This document shows, piece by piece, positions 1 to 11,617 of a DNA stretch of 64,000 bases. This DNA is from Bdellovibrionales bacterium. GTDB taxonomy: Bacteria > Bdellovibrionota > Bdellovibrionia > Bdellovibrionales > UBA1609. How positions within the stretch are numbered: position 1 is the stretch's first letter; each line of letters starts with the position of its first letter. The stretch is taken from positions 593,929-657,928 of the forward strand of contig CBDBIB010000001.1 in the NCBI GenBank assembly GCA_965205945.1, given 5' to 3'. Made by a program: the position numbers and the translations under genes. The notes under the pieces are model-generated. The model was not told the DNA's origin. It ran no database searches and saw only the letters and a program-made list of their open reading frames with translations.

Positions 1-3000
1 CTGTAATAGTAATATTTGAAGCTCTTGTTTTTAAACTCTTATTACTAACATTAATCGTATAAGTAAGCGTTTCTAATTCTAAAGGATTGTTCTTATCCAC
101 TTGCTTTTCAATAAAAAGATCTAATGTATTATCTACAGTCACATCTATTCTTGACGTGTTGTTAGCAAAATCTACTTCCGTACTTATAAATGATGTAATA
201 TTTGAAACAGTTGATATAACTTCTCCTGCAAAGCCAGAATCCACTGTTACCTCATAAGTTAAAATACTCACCTCACCGCTTAGAATTTGATGGACCGTCC
301 ACTCAAGTCCCGAAGCTGTAGATGGAGTAAGATCATTCTGTATGTGACCTCCACTAATTGAATTTTCTACATAAGTTAATCCTGTCGGAACTAAATTACT
401 AACCACAACATCTCTAGATGTAGTTGGCCCATTATTTCTAAGAGTTAATGTATATGTTAGTGTATCTGTTTCTGACGGTGTTGTTGATGTTACAGCTTGA
501 ATAATTTCAAGGTCAGCATCATTTCTAACGTCAATACTAACTAAAGAAGTGTCATTACTATTATCTATATCTAACTGAGCAGAAGAGAGTAAATTACCAG
601 TATTAACAATTGCCCTTCCTGAAGTTCCTTCCTTAGGAGCTGCTCGAAATATCAAATCAAGGTTCTCGCCTTTTAACAACTGATTGATTGTCCACTTTAA
701 CCCATCTCCAGAGCCAGGAGTCCTGTCATCTTGATGATCTCCTCCCACCATTGAACCTGCAATATACGATAAGTTAGAGTCTAGTAAATCAACAACTTTA
801 ATATCTGATGCCGCTGCGGGTCCGTTGTTCTTAACATTAACAGTATAAACTACCTCCTCTAGCTCAAAAGGAAGAATATTACTTACTGTTTTTGTAATTT
901 GAATATCAAGATCTGAATTTACATTTAAATCAACATTTCCTGAATTATTTAAATCATTTATATCTGTTTGAGCAGAGCTAGATAATTGCGCCGTATTTGT
1001 AATAGGATTGTGTAAATTAGAAGACTCTAACACCATCACATCAAATGTAATGTTTTTAGTTTGACCTGAACTAATTTTACCAATAGAAAAATCAACTCCT
1101 GTACCTGATGGATCAGTACTATTTACTGAATCTACGCCACTATCTGTTCTAGGCATATAGAATAATCCTGTAGGAATAATATCATTGATCACAACTGAAC
1201 TTGCCTGTGTTGGACCTGCATTTGTAACACCAATTGTATATGTAACTATCTCACCTATATTAGGCGTTGTATTAGAAACTGCTTTAGTTAATGAAATATC
1301 TAAGTTATTTAGGATATTAATATCTCTTGTACCCACATTGTTTACAGGATTTATCTCTGTTTGATCAACACTTGTGTATGAAGCACTATTTGTAATAAGA
1401 GTATTTAAATTCGCTCCGGCACCAACCACACCTTTAAATGTTAAATCTACTGAATTTAAAGGACCTACTGAAGTTAACGAATTGATTGTCCACTTTAAGC
1501 CTGTTCCATAAGGGGAGCTTTCAATCTGAGCATCCCCTCCAAGCATAGAGGCCGTAGTATATATAATATCTAAAGGAACAATATCTTTAATTACTAAACC
1601 AGTAGCACGTGATGGTCCATGATTTGTAACAGTAATTGTATATGTAACCTCTTCACCTTCTTCATAATTTGACTTATTCGAAGTCTTTGCTACTTGAATA
1701 TCTAAATCTGTTGTAACAGTCACAGTGACTGAGTCTGTGTTATTTGTTAAATTCTCTTCTGTTTGATCAATGGAGAAAATATCACTCGTATTTGTAATAC
1801 TCATTCCGCCTGCACCTGAGTCAATTTGAGCATTAAAAGTAACTGTTTTACTTTCACCACTAAGTAGTGAATTAATTGTCCACCTCAACCCTGCACCCGT
1901 TGGATCAGATTCATTTTTTAAATCTCCACCTATCATCGTACCTACTTGATAAGTTAAACCTGGTGGTAAAATATCTCTTACAACAATATTTGTTGCATCT
2001 GCAGGACCAGAATTTGTAACAACCAATGAATACGTAATGACTTGAGTCTCATTCGGCATACTTTCATTAACTTGTTTATTTATTACAATATCTACACCAC
2101 GTGCTAAGAAATCAGCAGTATCACTATCATTGTCTAAATTAGAATCGGTTTGATCTAAAGAAGTTATTGTACCGGTATTTATAACAGACCCTAATCCCCT
2201 AGCACCCACATCTACCGTAGCTTGAAATGTTAAGCTTGCTATATTTTCTGGACCTACACCTGATAAAGATTCAATTAACCAAGTTAAGCCTGTTGTATCT
2301 GGATTTATATCATTATACAATGCTTGACCTGCAATTGAACCTGGTACATACGTCACTCCATCTGGAACTATATCCGTAATATTAATATTTGTTGCCGTAG
2401 CACCACTAAAATTTTTAACTAAAAGAGTATACGTAACAATTTGACCTTCAATGGGTTCTGTATTAGATATTTGTTTTTCTATTTCAATATCTAAAGCCTG
2501 AACAATTATATCTACTGCTCCTACATTATTACCTAAATTATCTTCTGATTGATCCGCCGAAGAAAACTCTGCGCTATTTGTAATTGTTCCATATTCATTA
2601 TAAGCACCCGCATTTACTTGTGCATTAAACATTACATCTACAATTTGATTTGGAGCCAATGTATTGATTGTCCACGTTAAGCCGGTTATATCATCTGGAG
2701 TCAGATCATTTTGTATATCTCCTCCTGCTATTGTTCCTTGCCTATAAGTAATACCTGCCGGCACTAAATCTTTTAACACAACATTTGTTGCTGGCTGACT
2801 GCTTAAGTTCTTTACAGAAATTGTATAGGTAACTGTTTCAAATTCGACAGGTGTTGGGTTGTTGACAACTTTAAGAACTTCTAAATCAAGTCCTCGTACA
2901 GTGATATCTACTAAGCCTTCATTATTTACCTGATTTGAATCAACCTGATTAAGATTAATCAATCTTGCAGTATTTGTGATAGTCCCACCGGAATTAACTT

Positions 3001-6000
3001 TTGCACCTATATCAACCCTAGCTTTAAAACGAAGACTTACACTATCTCCCCCAGCAAGAGTATTGATATGCCAAACAAGACCATCTCCTAAGGTAGGAGT
3101 AGTATCATCTTGTAAACTTCCACCACGCATCGAAAAGTCCACATAAGTTATACCCTCTGGAACAATATCACCAATAACTATACCTGTTCCCACCTCATCA
3201 TCTATTTTATTTGTAACGGTAATTATATATTCAATCTCTTCACCCTCTTCAGGACTAAAGTTACTCACTGTTTTTAAAACACTTAAATCAAATGCTTTAA
3301 TTGTAATAAGAGCTGAACTAATATTATTAGACACATTGTCTTCTGATTGATCCGCCGAAGAAAATTCTGCACTATTTATAATTGCTCCGTATGTTGCTTG
3401 TGAGCCAGCATCTACCTGAGCTCTAAATGTTACTGATTTTGTTTCTCCGGCTAAAAGGCTTGCATGAGTCCAAGTCAGCCCATCTCCAGAAGTTGGAGTT
3501 GAATCATTTCTTGATGTTCCTCCTCTAATTGAATTTTGTACATATGTTACACCTGCTGGCACCAAATCTTTTAACACAACATTTGTTGCTTCTTGCTGGC
3601 TTAGGTTTGCAACACTAATCTTATAAATTACCTCACTTCTTTCAAGAGGATTGGCATTATCTACAGTTTTTATAACTTCTAAATCAAGGCCACTAACCGT
3701 AATCATAGCCCCGTCTGTGTTATTTGTATTGTCCTCTTCTGATTGATCTGATAACTTTAAATTAACTGTATTAGTAATTGTTCCATAATCATCTTTTGCT
3801 CGAGGATCCACTGTCGCCTGAAAACTCAGAGTCTCTACAGCACCCACACTTAATGTGGGAAAAACCCATACTAAACCTGTTGTATCATGGTTCTCATCAT
3901 TTCTCTGTGTTCCACCCTTAATTGAATTCAACACATATGTTACACCATCAGGAACTATATCCTCTACCACTATATTTGTAGCGGTTTGTCCACTTAAATT
4001 ACTCACTATAATTGTATACGTAATCTTAGCCCCTTCTTCTGGACTTTGATTATCAACAGTTTTTACTATGCTTAAATCTATTCCTCTAACAGTAATATCT
4101 ACTGATCCTTGATCATTTTCTGGAGTAGAATCTGCTTGATCAACATTGGTCATCTGTGCTGTATTTGTAATTATTCCATAATTATCTTTTGCTCTAGCGT
4201 TCACAACTGCATCAAAAGTTAGAATAATATCTGTTTCACTTGCAATGGAGTTAATATTCCAAGTTAAACCTCCTGTGATTGTATAAGGATCTAAATCATT
4301 TCTTTCTGTTCCTCCTCTAATTGAACCTTGCACATATGTTACACCTTCTGGAACAACATCCGTAATTTCTAAACCTGTTCCTATCGTGTCAATAGCATTA
4401 TTTGTAACTGTAATCGTGTATGTTATAACTTCGCCCTCTTCAGGGTTACTTTCACTAACTGTTTTAACAATTCCAATATCAAAAATTCTTGCTTCTATAT
4501 TAGCAGCATCAATATTATTTAACGGATTTTCTTCAGTCTCGTTAAAACTTAATACTTTTGCAGTGTTTGTAATTACTCCTAAAGCATGAGCTCCAGCATT
4601 TACTCTTGACCTAAAAGTTAATGTACTTGTTACTCCAGCTCCTATAGATCCAATAGTCCAAGTTAAACCCCCTGTAACTGTACCAGGATCTAAATCATTT
4701 CTTTCTGTTCCTCCTCTAATTGAATCTTGAACATATGTTACACCTGCTGGAACAACATCCCCTATGACTACATCTGTTGCAACTTGTGTACTTAAGTTTT
4801 CTACCGTAATTGTGTATGTGATTTCTTCACCCTCTGCTGGTGTCGCATTACTTACAGTTTTAATTAATTCTAAATCTATTCCTTTTATTGTAATAACAAC
4901 TGAATCTCTATCATTAGCCGCTTGATCATCTGTTTGATCCAAAGACGTAATCTCACTCGTATTTGTGATGTCTCCTTCAGATGCTTTAGCACCTGGATCT
5001 ACCTTAACTCTAAAAGTTAGCTCCGTAGTAACTCCACCTGCTATTGTATCAATTGTCCATGTAAGCCCTGAACCTAAAACATTCTGGTTGTCGCCTCCAA
5101 AAATAGAACCTTGAACATATGTTAAACCTGCTGGAACTAGATTCGTTACCTCTACCCCTGTAGCATCTTGTGTACTTAAATTTCTTACTCTTAATGTATA
5201 TGTAATCTCTTCACCTTCTGTCGGTGTCGTATTGTTTACACTTGTTTCTATACTTAAATCTAATCCTACTACCGCAACCGTCACTTCTCCTGTATCATTT
5301 AACGAATCTGAATCTATTTGATCCGAACTTATTCTAGATGCACTATTAATTATTTCTCTATAAAATGCTTGAGCACCTAAATCCACCGTTGCTTGAAATG
5401 TTAAATCTATATCCGAATTTGGTGCTAAACTTGAAATCCTCCACTCTAACCCTGCTGTAACAGGATCTGACTCATCTACTAATGCTACACCTCCAATGGA
5501 ACCTTGAACATATGTTAAACCTGCTGGAACTACATCTTTAATTACTATATTTGTTCCAACTGCCACACTAGATCTGTTGTCAACATTTATTGTATACGTA
5601 AATGTTTCACCTTCTTGAACACTTGTTTTACTTGATCTTTTTGTAACCGCTACATCAAATTCTTGAGCTGTAATATTTCGACTTCCATTATTATTTAACG
5701 GATTTTCTTCAGTCTCGTTAAAACTTAATACTTTTGCAGTGTTTGTAATTACTCCTAAAGCATGAGCTCCAGCATTTACTCTTGACCTAAAAGTTAATGT
5801 ACTTGTTACTCCAGCTCCTATAGATCCAATAGTCCAAGTTAAACCCCCCGTAACTGTACCAGGATCTAAATCATTTCTTTCTGTTCCTCCTCTAATTGAA
5901 TCTTGAACATATGTTACACCTGCTGGAACAACATCCCCTATGACTACATCTGTTGCAACTTGTGTACTTAAGTTTTCTACCGTAATTGTGTATGTGATTT

Positions 6001-9000
6001 CTTCACCTTCTGCTGGTGTCGCATTACTTACAGTTTTAATTAATTCTAAATCTATTCCTTTTATTGTAATAACAACTGAATCTCTATCATTAGCCGCTTG
6101 ATCATCTGTTTGATCCAAAGACGTAATCTCACTCGTATTTGTGATGTCTCCTTCAGATGCTTTAGCACCTGGATCTACCTTAACTCTAAAAGTTAGCTCC
6201 GTAGTAACTCCACCTGCTATTGTATCAATTGTCCATGTAAGCCCTGAACCTAAAACATTCTGGTTGTCGCCTCCAAAAATAGAACCTTGAACATATGTTA
6301 AACCTGCTGGAACTAGATTCGTTACCTCTACCCCTGTAGCATCTTGTGTACTTAAATTTCTTACTCTTAATGTATATGTAATCTCTTCACCTTCTGTCGG
6401 TGTCGTATTGTTTACACTTGTTTCTATACTTAAATCTAATCCTACTACCGCAACCGTCACTTCTCCTGTATCATTTAACGAATCTGAATCTATTTGATCC
6501 GAACTTATTCTAGATGCACTATTAATTATTTCTCTATAAAATGCTTGAGCACCTAAATCCACCGTTGCTTGAAATGTTAAATCTATATCCGAATTTGGTG
6601 CTAAACTTGAAATCCTCCACTCTAACCCTGCTGTAACAGGATCTGACTCATCTACTAATGCTACACCTCCAATGGAACCTTGAACATATGTTAAACCTGC
6701 TGGAACTACATCTTTAATTACTATATTTGTTCCAACTGCCACACTAGATCTGTTGTCAACATTTATTGTATACGTAAATGTTTCACCTTCTTGAACACTT
6801 GTTTTACTTGATCTTTTTGTAACCGCTACATCAAATTCTTGAGCTGTAATATTTCGACTTCCATTATTATTTAACGGATTTTCTTCAGTCTCGTTAAAAC
6901 TTAATACTTTTGCAGTGTTTGTAATTACTCCTAAAGCATGAGCTCCAGCATTTACTCTTGACCTAAAAGTTAATGTACTTGTTACTCCAGCTCCTATAGA
7001 TCCAATAGTCCAAGTTAAACCCCCTGTAACTGTACCAGGATCTAAATCATTTCTTTCTGTTCCTCCTCTAATTGAATCTTGAACATATGTTACACCTGCT
7101 GGAACAACATCCCCTATGACTACATCTGTTGCAACTTGTGTACTTAAGTTTTCTACCGTAATTGTGTATGTGATTTCTTCACCCTCTGCTGGTGTCGCAT
7201 TACTTACAGTTTTAATTAATTCTAAATCTATTCCTTTTATTGTAATAACAACTGAATCTCTATCATTAGCCGCTTGATCATCTGTTTGATCCAAAGACGT
7301 AATCTCACTCGTATTTGTGATGTCTCCTTCAGATGCTTTAGCACCTGGATCTACCTTAACTCTAAAAGTTAGCTCCGTAGTAACTCCACCTGCTATTGTA
7401 TCAATTGTCCATGTAAGCCCTGAACCTAAAACATTCTGGTTGTCGCCTCCAAAAATAGAACCTTGAACATATGTTAAACCTGCTGGAACTAGATTCGTTA
7501 CCTCTACCCCTGTAGCATCTTGTGTACTTAAATTTCTTACTCTTAATGTATATGTAATCTCTTCACCTTCTGTCGGTGTCGTATTGTTTACACTTGTTTC
7601 TATACTTAAATCTAATCCTACTACCGCAACCGTCACTTCTCCTGTATCATTTAACGAATCTGAATCTATTTGATCCGAACTTATTCTAGATGCACTATTA
7701 ATTATTTCTCTATAAAATGCTTGAGCACCTAAATCCACCGTTGCTTGAAATGTTAAATCTATATCCGAATTTGGTGCTAAACTTGAAATCCTCCACTCTA
7801 ACCCTGCTGTAACAGGATCTGACTCATCTACTAATGCTACACCTCCAATGGAACCTTGAACATATGTTAAACCTGCTGGAACTACATCTTTAATTACTAT
7901 ATTTGTTCCAACTGCCACACTAGATCTGTTGTCAACATTTATTGTATACGTAAATGTTTCACCTTCTTGAACACTTGTTTTACTTGATCTTTTTGTAACC
8001 GCTACATCAAATTCTTGAGCTGTAATATTTCGACTTCCATTATTATTTAACGGATTTTCTTCAGTCTCGTTAAAACTTAATACTTTTGCAGTGTTTGTAA
8101 TTACTCCTAAAGCATGAGCTCCAGCATTTACTCTTGACCTAAAAGTTAATGTACTTGTTACTCCAGCTCCTATAGATCCAATAGTCCAAGTTAAACCCCC
8201 TGTAACTGTACCAGGATCTAAATCATTTCTTTCTGTTCCTCCTCTAATTGAATCTTGAACATATGTTACACCTGCTGGAACAACATCCCCTATGACTACA
8301 TCTGTTGCAACTTGTGTACTTAAGTTTTCTACCGTAATTGTGTATGTGATTTCTTCACCCTCTGCTGGTGTCGCATTACTTACAGTTTTAATTAATTCTA
8401 AATCTATTCCTTTTATTGTAATAACAACTGAATCTCTATCATTAGCCGCTTGATCATCTGTTTGATCCAAAGACGTAATCTCACTCGTATTTGTGATGTC
8501 TCCTTCAGATGCTTTAGCACCTGGATCTACCTTAACTCTAAAAGTTAGCTCCGTAGTAACTCCACCTGCTATTGTATCAATTGTCCATGTAAGCCCTGAA
8601 CCTAAAACATTCTGGTTGTCGCCTCCAAAAATAGAACCTTGAACATATGTTAAACCTGCTGGAACTAGATTCGTTACCTCTACCCCTGTAGCATCTTGTG
8701 TACTTAAACTTCTTACTCTTAATGTATATGTAATCTCTTCACCTTCTGTCGGTGTCGTATTGTTTACACTTGTTTCTATACTTAAATCTAATCCTGCAAT
8801 CGTTAATATCTGTTCAACACTATTATTTGCGATAACAGAATCGATTTGATCTAATGACTGAATCATTGCAACATTTGTGATTGTTTCGGATATAGCCCTA
8901 GCCCCTATATCAACAGTAGCTCGAAAAATTAAATTTGTACTGCTTGCATTTGGAAGAGAGTTTATTGTCCAATTTAAACCTGTTAAAGGTGTTAAATCAT

Positions 9001-11617
9001 TATTGCTGTCACCACCTTCAATTGAATCTGGTACATAAGTTAGGCCTACAGGAACTATATTGTTTACAATAATATTAGTTCCTTCTACAAGCGCATTATT
9101 GTTCGTAAGTGTTAAAGTTACTACTACCTCTTCTCCCTCTTCTAGGGTGCTTTCAGACACCTCCTGTGAAATGCCTATATCAAAAGTAATTGGAGTTATA
9201 GAAGCCACTGAAGTATCGTTTGTAGTATTTGTATCATTTTCCATTAAAGAAATAATACTTGCTCTGTTTTCAATGTTTCTTAAGCTCGCAGCTCCAGCAT
9301 CCACAGTTACATCAAATGTAATGATGGCTTGATTAAAAGGCGCTTCACTAACAGGCCTTAATTGCGGAATAGTAAATTCTAACCCCGTGGCTGGAGAAGA
9401 CTCATCTACAGTAGTTCCTGCAATACTTGATTCCCATGAGTCTGCCACATATGTTACACCATCTGGTACGATATCCCTTACTAAAATAGTATTTAATGTA
9501 TTTTCTTGTGCGTTGTTTACCGTAAGAGTATAAGAGGCTGTTCCACCTTCTATGACAATCATTGGATTAACTGTTTTCGTAATACTTGCATCAAAATTAA
9601 CAATAGTAATTGTAGTATCTGAGGCGTTGTTAGAAAGGTTTTCATCTACTGGATTACTTGCCTGTAAATGCCCTTCTATCCTTCTAGTTCCATAATTTAA
9701 AGCAGCCCCTGGATTCACTATAACTTTATAAGTCATCGTTATAACTTCACCCACCTCAATAGTACCTATGGAGAATATAATTCCATTATTACCTGGATCA
9801 GTATCATCCGGAGTAACACCCTCACCTAAAGCACTAGATGGAACATAGTTTAGCCCAATTGGAACGACAGATATTATTTCAGCACTTGTTAGTTCTTGAG
9901 CGCTAACATTTTCTACACTAATTGTAAGTGTAACCGTATCACCTTCATTTACTACTGTTGTGCTTGGTTGAATCTGAACCTTTAAATCAGCAGCAGCTAC
10001 AATAATATCGACTGAATCTGTATTATTAGATACATTACTCTCAGCCTGATCCACAGCTGTTATTGTTGCTGAATTTGGAATTGTTGCAATTACATTTGGT
10101 ATTGCTGAAAAAGTTAATGTTATTACTTGATTAGAATTTATAGTTCCTAATGTCCAAATGATTCCTGTCCCTGGGTTACTATCATTTACTAAAACCCCTC
10201 CCTTTGCAGAAGATGAAACATACGTTAACCTCGGATCTAAAATATCTGTTAATTCAACCCCTGTAGCAGAATTTGTACCTAAATTTGAAACTGTAATAGT
10301 GTAATCAACTTGCTGACCTAATCCCGGTGCTACTGTATTTGCTGTTTTTAAAACCTTTAAATCAATACCTTGAGCTCTTATTTGCCCTGTGCCTGTATTA
10401 TTAGTCTCATCAACATCTACACCCAAATAACTTTTAGTCTCCGCAGTAGATACGATTAACCTTCCATCTGTTCCTGTATCTAGCATAGCTTTAAAAATTA
10501 GAGTCACGCTCTCCCCCGCTAAAAGAGGGCCTATATTCCAGCTTAATCCCACGCCTACAGGATCAGAATCATTCCTACTCTGACCACCGGTAATACTTTC
10601 AAGCATATAAGTTAAACCATTTGGTATAACAGATGAAATAACTATCTCGGATGTTCCATTAGGCCCTCTGTTAGAAACATTTACCGTATAAGTAACGATA
10701 TCACCTATGTTAGGCTCCATAACCGATGGACTAATTGTAACCTGAAGATCCATATCATCATTTACCGTTCCCCACTTACAGTTTAAGTAGTCAGCTAAAT
10801 CTGAAAAGTTTGTCGCAGCAAAGTTAAGCATTCCAAACTCATATATATTAGCTTCCTGATAATTTATGTCATTCCTATTTACCCACAGTTTTATCCTATC
10901 AATATTGAGTTCATTAACTATACTTCTTGAATCATGAAGCAATCCATCTATAAAAAATTTTGCTTCTTTAGTTGATGCATCATAAGTTAAATAAAAAGAG
11001 TGAGGTTTATTATCAAGAGATCGACCACAAAGACGATGTGCACTAGATCCATCTCTCACCAACCAAGAAAATTGGTTTCTCTTAGGACAATCCCTTGAAC
11101 TAGCTCCTCTTGTGGACAGGTCAAACTGCCAAGATCCAGCATCAGAACTATTGTCCCCTCCACTCATAAAAGCTCTGAAATCTTGATTAATTTGTGGATC
11201 TAGAAATGACTTAAATACAAAATAAACTGTAAAACTTTGATCACGTAACCCTGCACTATATTGAAGGGTATCATCAACGCCATCCGCTCGTAAATAATTC
11301 TCCGCTAGCCCACCAGTGCTTCCGCTTTCAAAACGAGGTCTTGCGTCAGATGTTGGAGCAATTAACTCAGGCCCATTCTCTAAATTTTCAGCGTTTATCC
11401 ATTTGTTAACATAATTTGAAAAATTACTACTTGTTGCATCATTACCATCCCCATCTATAATGGATTTTTTTACATTTGCGTCTAAGTTTAAAATCACATC
11501 GCTTGAAGAGTAAATATCCGGGGTTAAACTATCACAAGATTGCGCAAGAGCAGTACCACTACTAACACTTAATGCTAATAAAAATACCCCTATATATGTG
11601 TATCGAATAAGATCCAA
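1..11617 (-). CDS. Giant secreted adhesin: signal peptide, LamG/ConA-like N-domain, then ~27 DUF11 (conserved repeat) Ig-like domains; 3' end lies outside the window
   Basis: Manual translation from TTG at 11617 (AGGT upstream) gives MDLIRYTYIGVFLLALSVSGTALAQ..., then recurring DL.V.KT....P..G..VTYT.TV.N.GP..AT...V.D..P.GLTYV units of ~130 aa. The same frame is open at nt 2-58. Omitted from the ORF track, most likely because no stop lies in the window. Confidence 0.9.
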   Translation of the reverse strand, partial: MDLIRYTYIGVFLLALSVSSGTALAQSCDSLTPDIYSSSDVILNLDANVKKSIIDGDGNDATSSNFSNYVNKWINAENLENGPELIAPTSDARPRFESGSTGGLAENYLRADGVDDTLQYSAGLRDQSFTVYFVFKSFLDPQINQDFRAFMSGGDNSSDAGSWQFDLSTRGASSRDCPKRNQFSWLVRDGSSAHRLCGRSLDNKPHSFYLTYDASTKEAKFFIDGLLHDSRSIVNELNIDRIKLWVNRNDINYQEANIYEFGMLNFAATNFSDLADYLNCKWGTVNDDMDLQVTISPSVMEPNIGDIVTYTVNVSNRGPNGTSEIVISSVIPNGLTYMLESITGGQSRNDSDPVGVGLSWNIGPLLAGESVTLIFKAMLDTGTDGRLIVSTAETKSYLGVDVDETNNTGTGQIRAQGIDLKVLKTANTVAPGLGQQVDYTITVSNLGTNSATGVELTDILDPRLTYVSSSAKGGVLVNDSNPGTGIIWTLGTINSNQVITLTFSAIPNVIATIPNSATITAVDQAESNVSNNTDSVDIIVAAADLKVQIQPSTTVVNEGDTVTLTISVENVSAQELTSAEIISVVPIGLNYVPSSALGEGVTPDDTDPGNNGIIFSIGTIEVGEVITMTYKVIVNPGAALNYGTRRIEGHLQASNPVDENLSNNASDTTITIVNFDASITKTVNPMIVIEGGTASYTLTVNNAQENTLNTILVRDIVPDGVTYVADSWESSIAGTTVDESSPATGLEFTIPQLRPVSEAPFNQAIITFDVTVDAGAASLRNIENRASIISLMENDTNTTNDTSVASITPITFDIGISQEVSESTLEEGEEVVVTLTLTNNNALVEGTNIIVNNIVPVGLTYVPDSIEGGDSNNDLTPLTGLNWTINSLPNASSTNLIFRATVDIGARAISETITNVAMIQSLDQIDSVIANNSVEQILTIAGLDLSIETSVNNTTPTEGEEITYTLRVRSLSTQDATGVEVTNLVPAGLTYVQGSIFGGDNQNVLGSGLTWTIDTIAGGVTTELTFRVKVDPGAKASEGDITNTSEITSLDQTDDQAANDRDSVVITIKGIDLELIKTVSNATPAEGEEITYTITVENLSTQVATDVVIGDVVPAGVTYVQDSIRGGTERNDLDPGTVTGGLTWTIGSIGAGVTSTLTFRSRVNAGAHALGVITNTAKVLSFNETEENPLNNNGSRNITAQEFDVAVTKRSSKTSVQEGETFTYTINVDNRSSVAVGTNIVIKDVVPAGLTYVQGSIGGVALVDESDPVTAGLEWRISSLAPNSDIDLTFQATVDLGAQAFYREIINSASRISSDQIDSDSLNDTGEVTVAVVGLDLSIETSVNNTTPTEGEEITYTLRVRNLSTQDATGVEVTNLVPAGLTYVQGSIFGGDNQNVLGSGLTWTIDTIAGGVTTELTFRVKVDPGAKASEGDITNTSEITSLDQTDDQAANDRDSVVITIKGIDLELIKTVSNATPAEGEEITYTITVENLSTQVATDVVIGDVVPAGVTYVQDSIRGGTERNDLDPGTVTGGLTWTIGSIGAGVTSTLTFRSRVNAGAHALGVITNTAKVLSFNETEENPLNNNGSRNITAQEFDVAVTKRSSKTSVQEGETFTYTINVDNRSSVAVGTNIVIKDVVPAGLTYVQGSIGGVALVDESDPVTAGLEWRISSLAPNSDIDLTFQATVDLGAQAFYREIINSASRISSDQIDSDSLNDTGEVTVAVVGLDLSIETSVNNTTPTEGEEITYTLRVRNLSTQDATGVEVTNLVPAGLTYVQGSIFGGDNQNVLGSGLTWTIDTIAGGVTTELTFRVKVDPGAKASEGDITNTSEITSLDQTDDQAANDRDSVVITIKGIDLELIKTVSNATPAEGEEITYTITVENLSTQVATDVVIGDVVPAGVTYVQDSIRGGTERNDLDPGTVTGGLTWTIGSIGAGVTSTLTFRSRVNAGAHALGVITNTAKVLSFNETEENPLNNNGSRNITAQEFDVAVTKRSSKTSVQEGETFTYTINVDNRSSVAVGTNIVIKDVVPAGLTYVQGSIGGVALVDESDPVTAGLEWRISSLAPNSDIDLTFQATVDLGAQAFYREIINSASRISSDQIDSDSLNDTGEVTVAVVGLDLSIETSVNNTTPTEGEEITYTLRVRNLSTQDATGVEVTNLVPAGLTYVQGSIFGGDNQNVLGSGLTWTIDTIAGGVTTELTFRVKVDPGAKASEGDITNTSEITSLDQTDDQAANDRDSVVITIKGIDLELIKTVSNATPAEGEEITYTITVENLSTQVATDVVIGDVVPAGVTYVQDSIRGGTERNDLDPGTVTGGLTWTIGSIGAGVTSTLTFRSRVNAGAHALGVITNTAKVLSFNETEENPLNNIDAANIEARIFDIGIVKTVSESNPEEGEVITYTITVTNNAIDTIGTGLEITDVVPEGVTYVQGSIRGGTERNDLDPYTITGGLTWNINSIASETDIILTFDAVVNARAKDNYGIITNTAQMTNVDQADSTPENDQGSVDITVRGIDLSIVKTVDNQSPEEGAKITYTIIVSNLSGQTATNIVVEDIVPDGVTYVLNSIKGGTQRNDENHDTTGLVWVFPTLSVGAVETLSFQATVDPRAKDDYGTITNTVNLKLSDQSEEDNTNNTDGAMITVSGLDLEVIKTVDNANPLERSEVIYKISVANLSQQEATNVVLKDLVPAGVTYVQNSIRGGTSRNDSTPTSGDGLTWTHASLLAGETKSVTFRAQVDAGSQATYGAIINSAEFSSADQSEDNVSNNISSALITIKAFDLSVLKTVSNFSPEEGEEIEYIITVTNKIDDEVGTGIVIGDIVPEGITYVDFSMRGGSLQDDTTPTLGDGLVWHINTLAGGDSVSLRFKARVDIGAKVNSGGTITNTARLINLNQVDSNQVNNEGLVDITVRGLDLEVLKVVNNPTPVEFETVTYTISVKNLSSQPATNVVLKDLVPAGITYRQGTIAGGDIQNDLTPDDITGLTWTINTLAPNQIVDVMFNAQVNAGAYNEYGTITNSAEFSSADQSEDNLGNNVGAVDIIVQALDIEIEKQISNTEPIEGQIVTYTLLVKNFSGATATNINITDIVPDGVTYVPGSIAGQALYNDINPDTTGLTWLIESLSGVGPENIASLTFQATVDVGARGLGSVINTGTITSLDQTDSNLDNDSDTADFLARGVDIVINKQVNESMPNETQVITYSLVVTNSGPADATNIVVRDILPPGLTYQVGTMIGGDLKNESDPTGAGLRWTINSLLSGESKTVTFNAQIDSGAGGMSITNTSDIFSIDQTEENLTNNTDSVTVTVTTDLDIQVAKTSNKSNYEEGEEVTYTITVTNHGPSRATGLVIKDIVPLDIIYTTASMLGGDAQIESSPYGTGLKWTINSLTSVGPLNSVDLTFKGVVGAGANLNTLITNSASYTSVDQTEINPVNNVGTRDINILNNLDISLTKAVSNTTPNIGEIVTYTIGVTNAGPTQASSVVINDIIPTGLFYMPRTDSGVDSVNSTDPSGTGVDFSIGKISSGQTKNITFDVMVLESSNLHNPITNTAQLSSSAQTDINDLNNSGNVDLNVNSDLDIQITKTVSNILPFELEEVVYTVNVKNNGPAAASDIKVVDLLDSNLSYIAGSMVGGDHQDDRTPGSGDGLKWTINQLLKGENLDLIFRAAPKEGTSGRAIVNTGNLLSSAQLDIDNSNDTSLVSIDVRNDADLEIIQAVTSTTPSETDTLTYTLTLRNNGPTTSRDVVVSNLVPTGLTYVENSISGGHIQNDLTPSTASGLEWTVHQILSGEVSILTYEVTVDSGFAGEVISTVSNITSFISTEVDFANNTSRIDVTVDNTLDLFIEKQVDKNNPLELETLTYTINVSNKSLKTRASNITIT
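4513..8795. repeat. Tandem direct repeat, 1176-bp unit (392 aa, 3 DUF11 domains), ~3.6 copies, near-identical
   Basis: Marker AACGGATTTTCTTCAGTCTCG at 4521, 5697, 6873 and 8049; only a few SNPs seen between copies. Confidence 0.95.

Noticed and set aside
3855..9332. Short plus-strand ORFs 3855-4049, 4386-4589 and 9060-9332
   Set aside because: Antisense shadows of the giant DUF11 gene
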